From a virus (taxonomy: Duplodnaviria; Caudoviricetes), in the IMG/VR virus record IMGVR_UViG_3300020042_008599, positions 1 to 33,869 of that record: 33,869 nt of DNA, one strand, 5' to 3'. Each line of letters begins with the position of its first letter. The stretch's first letter is position 1. The translations under genes and the position numbers were made by a program. Positions 14,227-21,778 of this stretch are shown piece by piece. Below the pieces are notes generated by a model. That model did not search any database. It had not been told where the DNA came from and worked only from the letters and a program-made list of their open reading frames with translations.

Positions 14227-17200
14227 ATGAGCAATCTGTTTGACACCAACGCACGGGCCGACGAGGCTGTTTTTGGCGGAGAACCCGCCGCTCGCGCTGT
14301 AGGTCTGCCAACGCCGCGTAACCTTCCCGGCACATTCGCCCCCGGTGGCAGCAACCAAACTGCGCAGAACTTGGTTTCCGGCATGGAGGCCGACACCCAG
14401 CGGATGATGGCGGGCCTCAACGCATCCCGACCAGCCAAAGAACCCGTGCAGGGCTACAACCCAGATACCAACGAGGTCTTCAGCGGCGGCAAAACATTTC
14501 AGCTCGACCTAAACGAAGGGCGCCAGAACGCGCAGTTGTTCGACATCGACAACCCCCAGCTCCCCCAAGGCTTCGTGCCTATCCGCTCCTCTGAGTTCAA
14601 GAAGAAGCTGGCCTCTGAGTACGAGGGGCTCGACATCATTGACGACAGCCAGCGCGCGTTTGGCCAGATGGCCTCAGGTATTGGCTCGGCACTGCGAGAC
14701 GTTGGTGCAGACAGCGTTGGCCCTGCGCTTGAGCAGTTTGGTGGAGACATTGCCCGTCGCAACCCCAGCAAAATCAGGTCGGTGCAAGACATTATCGACT
14801 CTCCACTCGTGACTGCTGGTGAAGCTGTTGGTGAGACTGGGTTTGAAGTCGCACGGTATGGTGCGCTAGGTGCCACGGGCGCCGCTGTCGGCGCGGGTAT
14901 TGGTGCTGGCCTCACAGCGGCCACAGGCGGTCTGGCCGCGCCCACAATCCCAGTCTTTGCGTTCTTGGGCAACCGTGTCGCCAACTGGATACCAACCTTT
15001 GCGCAGACCTACGGCGGCATCCGCTCTGAACAACGCGAGGCTGGCATCGAGAACAAAGAGCGTGCTGCGGCAGCGGCGTTCGGCTCGTCTGCCCTTGACT
15101 TCCTGCTCGGCCCTGAGATTCGCGTTATGCGCGCAGTCGGCGGCCCGCTGACCAGAGCGGCGACGGCAAAGGTTGACAACATTGCGCAAGCCCGTGATTT
15201 TCTGGCCCAAGGCGCGCCGAGGGCTACCGGTAGTTACGGCCGAAACGCCGCGGTTGATTTGGGCGGTGAGTTTGTCACCGAGGTCGCACAGACTGGTCTC
15301 GAGCGCTACGGCGCCGAGAAGGATTTGACCAGTGAGGAGGCTTTGAACGAGTACGGCGTTGCAGGTATCAAGGGTGGTATTGGTGGCGCTGCACTCAGCC
15401 CCGTCGGTACGGCCGCAGAAAACCGCCGTCAAATCGCGGAGCAGATGCCTGAGTACCAGCAGGTCAAGAACTTCGTCGAGAATCTGCGGGCAGACATGGA
15501 TTTGGCTGCAGACCCCACAGCACGCGGGCCGGTTCGCTTGGCCGCTGCAAAGCGGGCACAGGATGTGCTTCGCGGCTCGTCCGATGATCCTGAGTTTGAC
15601 GCAGTGCTGCAAGAGTTTAGGCAGAAGCTGTCGTTTGTGGACACACAGATTGTCGCCGGCGCCACGCGGCAGGCACTGGACAAGAACACGCCGATTGACT
15701 TGTTGCAGTCGGGTATGGCTCCCAGCGACGCTACATCTTTGTCGATGATAGACGAACGGCCCGCGTTCTTCGAGCGTGGCGCTGAGCAGGTGCAGACCAA
15801 TGCACCCTCTGACTTGTCCGCCTACGCGGCACCGGCACCGATGGGGCGTGAGCCACGCGCTCCTCAGCAGGTTGAAACCGGCATGCCCATGCAGCAGGTC
15901 GAGACCCAGCAGCCCATGGGCCCGTTCATCACCCCCGGCCAGCGTGTCGTGGCGGGGTTCCCCGAGCTCAACGCCACCATGGACCAGATTCAGTCTGGCC
16001 AGATCGCTCGTGAGGGCTTGCCCGTCACCGGTGAACTCACTCCCGGCCAACAAGCTGCGCTGACCCCACCCACACCGCTGGACCCCATCCAGCAGGTTCT
16101 GCGTGGCGTGTCCCTTGATCTGGGTGCGCCTGCATCCACGCCAGCACCTGCCGCTACTGCGCCTGCTCCGTTGCAGCAAGTCGAAACTCGCCCTGTTCCA
16201 GTTGTCTCCGAGGTCCCCGGTGCTGATGTTCCCGGGGTTTCACCCGCTGCGGCTCCGGCCGCGGCGGGTCTTTCTGAGCCCGCCCCCAGTGCGAGAGAAG
16301 AGGCTGATGCGCAAGCTGCCATTGACGAGCTCGGCCTACGCCCACTCCAATCGGGCGCGGGGGAGAACCTAAAAGCGTCTGTGCAAGGCGGCAATCTTAA
16401 AGTCGGTGGCACGGTGTCCCTCCCTGCGCGCACCATCGCTGCAACCGCAAATAACTTCCTGACCGGCCGCAAAGGCACAGGGGCATCGGGCAAGCTGTCT
16501 GCGGCCATGAAGAAGTTCTCCGACGCCTATCGTGCGTACCTCGACGCTGCTGGCAATATGGTGCCGACCGAGCGCAAGGACAAGGAAGGCAACATCACCC
16601 CGCTCAAGCCCAAGCGTGGGTCCAAAGTCCGCGGCACTGAGGCCGTAGCCGAAGAGCGCGCTACACAGTCCGTCGCCAAAGTCCGTGCACTATGGAAAGC
16701 CGCGCAAGACGCGTTGGGTGAGCTGGGTGTGGCTGCGGACAACAACGCCAAGAACGTCGAGGCCATGGTCAAGGTCGTCAAAGGCCGCATCGCCGCTGAG
16801 AAGGTTCGCCTGCAAGAAGAGTTGGACGCTACAGTTGCGCAGCTAGAGGACACAGAGCGTGAAAGCAACGTCACCATAGACTCAGAGATCAATGAGGCGA
16901 TCGCCGACATCGAAGCTCAAATTCGTGACCTCGAGAAGCTCGACATCGGCCTGTCTCGTGGCTGGGCTGCGGCCAAGCGCGGCAACTTGCGCGCCGACAC
17001 AGACATGCTTGACGTTCGTGGTGGAGAAACCCGCACGTCTACTGAAGAGCAAGAGCGGGGGGCTACACAGCCTCTGGCAAACGCGGCAAAAGAAGGCGCG
17101 CGCGTTGGGCCGTTCGCCCCTGTGCAGACTGGCTTCCAAGGCGTGCTGAACTACATCCGCAGCAACGGTTCTCCGTTCGAGCGCATGCTCGCCAAGGCGA

Positions 17201-20200
17201 TTTCTGAGGTGTTCAAGGGCACCAAGAACCCGCCCAAGCTCGTGTTCGCCGAGGGCACGCCGCAGTTCGACCCCCGCACCAACACCATCACCATGTCGCC
17301 TACCGCCTCTACAGAGGTGGCGTTGCACGAAGCGTTGCACGCGGCGCTCCAGTGGTTCGTACACGGCAACCCAACGGACCCGGTTGTCAAACAGCTGCTT
17401 GCGGCAGTGGACAAGGTCATCGCGTACGACCCCAAGCGCTTGCCGGCAAAAGCCGCCGCGGTGCAAAAAATCCTCGCAGACCTCAAGAAAAACAAGCGCG
17501 ACCTCGACGCGGTGCTTGAGCTGATCTCCTACGGAAACACGCTGGTGGAGTTCCGCAAGGCTCTTGAAGCCATGCCCACCAAGACCACACCAAAGTCGTT
17601 TGTCGAGGCAGCCACAGATGTGTGGAACATGATTCTCGCCACTGTGCGCAAGATGCTCGGCGTACCCCAGAGCGTTGCCAGCGACGTGATCATGGACAGC
17701 TTCAAGCTGCTGGAGGCTGCGTCGCGCACGCCGTACAAGAAATCTGCCAAGGGCGGTAGGCTGGATGTAGGTGTCACCAGTATGGTGGAGCGCCGGCAGG
17801 AGCAAATCGATGACGAGGAGGACGCACAAGACCTCGCCGAAAACGAGACCGCTGCAGACAACGAGCGCAAGCGCGTTCGTCGCGCGTATGACCGGCAAGT
17901 GCGGGCAATGTGGCCAGCCGTCGAGCGGGCTAAAAAAGCGCTTCGCGAAACACGTTACAGCGGGTCGTTGGAGGCTGGTGAGTTGCGTAGGCTCGTCGAA
18001 TCTTTTGAGTCGACCATCGCCCTCTACAACGAGGTGCTTTCTGACCCAGACGCACTCTGGAAAGCGAAGCGGCTTGACTCAAACATGGAAGACGTGGCGG
18101 CTGAAACCGACACCATGCAGGAACTGATCGCGTCTCTTGCGGCACCAAGCCGGGCAGGCCGCAGAGGCAACGTCCTTGAGGCTGCAGTCACTTCTTCCGA
18201 CCCAGAGCCAGCGTCTGAGCCCACCACGGTGGCCAAGGGCACTGATGAGCAAGCAGCCAAGAGCGCAGGTTATCCGTCGTTTGACGCGTACGCCAGCCAG
18301 CCCTCGAGCAAGTACAACATCACCCGCATGTTCTTTGAGCGCATCGGCTTCGGCGTGGACAAGGACGGCAACTACAACGCCGCTGGGCGCAAGACACAAG
18401 AACTGGCCAGCAAAGCCTCCTTGCTCATCCGCCGCAACTTCCCCATGCTGGAGCGTGTCATCCTGAACATCAACTCGAAGTTCGGGCTGCCACCGGCCAT
18501 GCAGCGCATCATGGAGTATTTCAAGACCAACCAGAACACTGGCATCTTAGAGATGGAAAAGCTCACCGAGTACGTGCACCGCAACCCCGCCGTGGCCCGC
18601 CCCATGCTCGACTACCTCGACGGCGACACCAAAGCCTTGGACGGGGTCAAGGACGCAACGGCTATCCGCGCCATTGCCGACAACGTGCGCATGCACTTGG
18701 AGACCTACATCAACGACCTGCCCGCCAACTCTCCTGAGCGCGCGCTGTTCCAGAACCTCAAGTTCACGGAATACCTGCTGCATCCCAAGAGCGTTGCGCA
18801 ACTGGCCAACAAGTCGTTCGGCCTGAAAAAGCTCTCCACCCTGCTGACCATCAAGCGCCGGGAAGAGACAAACATCGACGCATTCAAACAAATGTTGCCG
18901 ATGAAAGACGGTGTTGTCGACAGTGAGGCTCCGCTGTATCAGACGTTCGAGACCGTACAAGACAACGACGGCGTGAACCAGCGCGTGCCCATGGGCTTCA
19001 TCGACAAGAAGCTTGCAGACACCAATCCACCTGCTGGCCTCGACATCGACACTACCCGCGTGTGGAAGATGACTGGCCGCAAGGGCGACCGCTACAGCTT
19101 CGTGTCCCGCGCAGTGACCCCGGGCGAGGTGCGTCGCATGGCGGAAGATGGCCGCGTCGAAGAGTTGTCCGCAACCCTGCTCAACACCATGGCGGCGCTT
19201 TCGCACAACTACGCCAGCCGCAACTTCTTTGCGGGATTGCTGCCGCTCGGCCGTGAGGACGGCGAGCCCACAGCCATGTCCGTCGTGTTCGACAGCGAAG
19301 AGCAGCTGCGCAAGATTTTCAAGGGCGGTGTGCCCAACGAAATCATCGACGCCGGCAACGACGCCATCGACATGCAGAGTATCAAGAAAGACCTGCAGCG
19401 CACCGGCACTTGGGTCCGGCTGCCTGAGGGCCCCACCTACGGGGCGCTGGCCGGCAAGATCATCTCTGGCCCAGCGTGGAGCGCCATGCGTGACATGCAC
19501 GACCGCGCGCCCCTGCTCAACAGCCAAGCACTGGCCACGACCATGTCGTGGTTCAAGAAGGCCAAGACCGGCTACACCCCAGCCACGCACGTCAACAACA
19601 TCTTGACCAACTATTCGATGACGCTGCTGCACGGCATCTCGCACAAGACGCTGCTCGACGCTGCCAAGCTGTTCGCCAAGTTCGAGGCCTCCCCCGGTAG
19701 CCTTAAGCCGCAAGAGCTGGCCATGGTGCAGGCGTTCTACCGGTCGGGCGCGGTGTTGGGGCAGTACACCCAGACCGAGGCCAAGCAAACCATCGCCAAG
19801 GCGCTGTCTGCGAGCATCTCACCCGACCCCGGCGGCTCGCTGCTGACCAAGATCAATCAGCTGGCCAAGTTCGAGAAAGAGTTCGCGCAGCTGGTGACGC
19901 AAGCTGGCCGTATGGGCCGCAACGCCGACGCCCGCGTGATGGAGCTCTACGCTGCTGGTGACAACATCTTCCGTCTGGCGGCGTTCATGAACGTGGCGGG
20001 CAACTTGCAGGCTCGTGATGGCACCAAGGAGCTCTCACCTGCGCAGACCACTGAGGCTGGTATCGCCGCGCGCAAGATGTTCCTCGACTACGACATCGAC
20101 GCCCGTTGGGTTCGCGCAGCTCGCCAATCGGTGCTGCCGTTCGTGTCTTGGTCGTACGCGATCATGCCTGTGCTGGGGCGTCTGGCCATCACCCGCCCAT

Positions 20201-20943
20201 GGGCCATGGTCAACATGCTCGCCGCCATCGCGATCATGAACAGCATCATGGACGACGAGGATGACGAAGAGTGGCGCAAGAAGGGCCCTGAGGCCGTTCG
20301 CGACAAAGCGCTGTGGGGCATGGGCCCGCACATGTACATGCGTGTGCCGTTCCTTGGCGACGACCAGAACCCCGTGTACTGGAACATCGGCAAGTCCATC
20401 CCCATGATGGCGCTCTTCCAACCTCCTGCCGGTGAAAGCAAGTTGCTGGGCCAAGACTGGTACCCCGGGTTCTTGAACCCATCTGGCCCGTATGTTTCTC
20501 TGTTGGCCAACACGTTCCTCAACGTGGACCCGTTCACGGGCAAGGAGCTGTACAAAGAGACCGACACCAGTACCGACAAGCTGCTCAACAGCGGCGCTGC
20601 TGTGTGGGACGTAATGATGCCATCATGGGCCAGCACTCGCCTCTACAACAACTTTAAGGACTTGGCCGACGGCAAAGTTGGGCCCACCGGTGTGCTGCCT
20701 GACAGCATGTTCATTGCGCGTCTGTTCGGCATGACCCTGTACGAGTTCAACCGCTCTGAGGTACAGTACAGCCAGAACGCCGAAGTCAGCAAGCTCAAGC
20801 GCGAGTTCATGACCGCCATGCGCGCAGCAGCCAAAGACGAGGCCCGCCGCGGCTACCCAGACTACGAGGCACTTGACGTTAAGCTGGCCGATCTGCGCGA
20901 GCGTATGATGCAGGCTATGGACAAAGCACGAGGAGAAGAGTAA
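14227..20943 (+). CDS. Giant internal virion / polyvalent ejection protein with HExxH zincin-like motif (2238 aa)
   Basis: Long ORF ending the structural cluster. N-terminal Gly/Ala hydrophobic helices. FDPRTNTITM...VALHEALH (about 17265-17340). C-terminal PF.SW.Y...NVDPFTGKELY region resembles large-polyvalent-protein C-termini. Confidence 0.75.
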   Translation: MSNLFDTNARADEAVFGGEPAARAVGLPTPRNLPGTFAPGGSNQTAQNLVSGMEADTQRMMAGLNASRPAKEPVQGYNPDTNEVFSGGKTFQLDLNEGRQNAQLFDIDNPQLPQGFVPIRSSEFKKKLASEYEGLDIIDDSQRAFGQMASGIGSALRDVGADSVGPALEQFGGDIARRNPSKIRSVQDIIDSPLVTAGEAVGETGFEVARYGALGATGAAVGAGIGAGLTAATGGLAAPTIPVFAFLGNRVANWIPTFAQTYGGIRSEQREAGIENKERAAAAAFGSSALDFLLGPEIRVMRAVGGPLTRAATAKVDNIAQARDFLAQGAPRATGSYGRNAAVDLGGEFVTEVAQTGLERYGAEKDLTSEEALNEYGVAGIKGGIGGAALSPVGTAAENRRQIAEQMPEYQQVKNFVENLRADMDLAADPTARGPVRLAAAKRAQDVLRGSSDDPEFDAVLQEFRQKLSFVDTQIVAGATRQALDKNTPIDLLQSGMAPSDATSLSMIDERPAFFERGAEQVQTNAPSDLSAYAAPAPMGREPRAPQQVETGMPMQQVETQQPMGPFITPGQRVVAGFPELNATMDQIQSGQIAREGLPVTGELTPGQQAALTPPTPLDPIQQVLRGVSLDLGAPASTPAPAATAPAPLQQVETRPVPVVSEVPGADVPGVSPAAAPAAAGLSEPAPSAREEADAQAAIDELGLRPLQSGAGENLKASVQGGNLKVGGTVSLPARTIAATANNFLTGRKGTGASGKLSAAMKKFSDAYRAYLDAAGNMVPTERKDKEGNITPLKPKRGSKVRGTEAVAEERATQSVAKVRALWKAAQDALGELGVAADNNAKNVEAMVKVVKGRIAAEKVRLQEELDATVAQLEDTERESNVTIDSEINEAIADIEAQIRDLEKLDIGLSRGWAAAKRGNLRADTDMLDVRGGETRTSTEEQERGATQPLANAAKEGARVGPFAPVQTGFQGVLNYIRSNGSPFERMLAKAISEVFKGTKNPPKLVFAEGTPQFDPRTNTITMSPTASTEVALHEALHAALQWFVHGNPTDPVVKQLLAAVDKVIAYDPKRLPAKAAAVQKILADLKKNKRDLDAVLELISYGNTLVEFRKALEAMPTKTTPKSFVEAATDVWNMILATVRKMLGVPQSVASDVIMDSFKLLEAASRTPYKKSAKGGRLDVGVTSMVERRQEQIDDEEDAQDLAENETAADNERKRVRRAYDRQVRAMWPAVERAKKALRETRYSGSLEAGELRRLVESFESTIALYNEVLSDPDALWKAKRLDSNMEDVAAETDTMQELIASLAAPSRAGRRGNVLEAAVTSSDPEPASEPTTVAKGTDEQAAKSAGYPSFDAYASQPSSKYNITRMFFERIGFGVDKDGNYNAAGRKTQELASKASLLIRRNFPMLERVILNINSKFGLPPAMQRIMEYFKTNQNTGILEMEKLTEYVHRNPAVARPMLDYLDGDTKALDGVKDATAIRAIADNVRMHLETYINDLPANSPERALFQNLKFTEYLLHPKSVAQLANKSFGLKKLSTLLTIKRREETNIDAFKQMLPMKDGVVDSEAPLYQTFETVQDNDGVNQRVPMGFIDKKLADTNPPAGLDIDTTRVWKMTGRKGDRYSFVSRAVTPGEVRRMAEDGRVEELSATLLNTMAALSHNYASRNFFAGLLPLGREDGEPTAMSVVFDSEEQLRKIFKGGVPNEIIDAGNDAIDMQSIKKDLQRTGTWVRLPEGPTYGALAGKIISGPAWSAMRDMHDRAPLLNSQALATTMSWFKKAKTGYTPATHVNNILTNYSMTLLHGISHKTLLDAAKLFAKFEASPGSLKPQELAMVQAFYRSGAVLGQYTQTEAKQTIAKALSASISPDPGGSLLTKINQLAKFEKEFAQLVTQAGRMGRNADARVMELYAAGDNIFRLAAFMNVAGNLQARDGTKELSPAQTTEAGIAARKMFLDYDIDARWVRAARQSVLPFVSWSYAIMPVLGRLAITRPWAMVNMLAAIAIMNSIMDDEDDEEWRKKGPEAVRDKALWGMGPHMYMRVPFLGDDQNPVYWNIGKSIPMMALFQPPAGESKLLGQDWYPGFLNPSGPYVSLLANTFLNVDPFTGKELYKETDTSTDKLLNSGAAVWDVMMPSWASTRLYNNFKDLADGKVGPTGVLPDSMFIARLFGMTLYEFNRSEVQYSQNAEVSKLKREFMTAMRAAAKDEARRGYPDYEALDVKLADLRERMMQAMDKARGEE

Positions 20944-21128
20944 TGGCAGCCAAGAAATCCACTGTAAATGCCGCCGGCAACTACACGAAGCCCGAGCTGC
21001 GCAAGCGGATCGTGAGCCAAGTCAAAGCCGCTGCAACCCAAGGCACTGGCGCAGGCCAATGGAGCGCCCGCAAAGCGCAGCTGGTGGCCAAGAAGTACAA
21101 GGCCGCTGGCGGGGGGTACCGAGATTGA
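20943..21128 (+). CDS. Small basic protein (N-terminal half of a DUF5872-like family), 61 aa
   Basis: TAATG coupling. Motif NYTKPELRKR...GQWSARKAQL.AK.YK..GGGY. Family name from memory. Confidence 0.8.
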   Translation: MAAKKSTVNAAGNYTKPELRKRIVSQVKAAATQGTGAGQWSARKAQLVAKKYKAAGGGYRD

Positions 21129-21358
21129 AAGCCCCTCAAAAATCCCTGAAAGACTGGACCGACCAAAACTGGAGAACCAAAAGTGGAAAACGATCATCTG
21201 ACACGGGCGAAAGGTATCTACCTGAGTCTGCGATTAAAAGCCTTAGCCCTGCTGAGTATGCTGCTACAACGCGTGCGAAACGCGCTGGCAAAGCTGCGGG
21301 GAAACAGTTTGTAGCGCAACCCAAAAAGGTAGCTGCAAAAACCGCGAAGTTCCGCTAA
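21125..21358 (+). CDS. Small basic protein (C-terminal half of a DUF5872-like family), 77 aa
   Basis: TTG at 21125 overlaps the upstream TGA. Motif QKSLKDW..Q.WRTKSGK...GERYLP..A...L...E.AAT...KR....GKQFV.QP. Confidence 0.75.
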   Translation: MKAPQKSLKDWTDQNWRTKSGKRSSDTGERYLPESAIKSLSPAEYAATTRAKRAGKAAGKQFVAQPKKVAAKTAKFR

Positions 21359-21379
21359 ACCAACCCCGAAGGAAATACC

Positions 21380-21526
21380 ATGGCGATGATGAAGAAACCT
21401 ATGATGATGGCAAAGGCACCTGCAAAGGGCGCCGGTAAAGCCGCCGCTTTTAAGCCCTGCAAGGGTTGCCCCAACCCTGCCAAGTGCAAGGCCATGGGCA
21501 AGTGCATGAAAACGGCAATGAAGTAA
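21380..21526 (+). CDS. 48-aa Met/Lys-rich microprotein with C-x2-C-x5-C-x5-C (not in ORF track)
   Basis: GAAGGA RBS at 21368-21373. Translation MAMMKKPMMMAKAPAKGAGKAAAFKPCKGCPNPAKCKAMGKCMKTAMK*. Fills the gap up to the convergent stop. Confidence 0.75.
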   Translation: MAMMKKPMMMAKAPAKGAGKAAAFKPCKGCPNPAKCKAMGKCMKTAMK

Positions 21527-21536
21527 TTACTTCATT
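21517..21536. repeat. Perfect 20-bp palindrome AATGAAGTAATTACTTCATT at the convergence point of the two operons
   Basis: Read directly. The axis lies between TAA (21524-21526, +) and TTA (21527-21529, - strand stop). Confidence 0.95.
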
Positions 21537-21778
21537 CCAGCCGTACGGGTACGGGCGAATGAACGGTTCTGGCTCTTCGGCACAGCCCGCAAGTTGCCGG
21601 AACCATTTCCACCGCCTTTTGCGATGGGTGTACGGTGGTCCACATCCTTCCCATCGCCCTTCCTGACCACACCCTTTTTCTCCATCGTGGCACGAGCCGC
21701 GTTGCGCTTGGCCCGGTTCTCGATCTGTTCGGGTTTACCCTGATAATTGGCGTACTCTTTTTTGTAGTCGCGTGGCAT
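21527..21778 (-). CDS. Small HNH endonuclease-like protein (T7 gp7.7-like), 83 aa
   Basis: AGGAG RBS and ATG at 21778 (TAATG with primase stop). MPRDYKKEY...R..RN.AR...GDGKDVDH..P...GG.N...NL......NRS. Confidence 0.8.
   Translation of the reverse strand: MPRDYKKEYANYQGKPEQIENRAKRNAARATMEKKGVVRKGDGKDVDHRTPIAKGGGNGSGNLRAVPKSQNRSFARTRTAGMK

Noticed and set aside
18547-19788. Long antisense ORFs (413 aa here; also 14866..16179, 16882..17898, 24538..25641)
   Set aside because: Shadows of well-supported genes on the opposite strand, with no recognisable motifs or coupling.
14227-20943. Virion RNA polymerase (N4-like) or tape measure protein
   Set aside because: I found no single-subunit RNAP motifs, no DxDGD motif and no regular tape-measure repeat periodicity.
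21517-21536. Bidirectional Rho-independent terminator
   Set aside because: The stem is AU-rich and has no adjacent U-tract on either strand. Kept only as an unexplained palindrome.
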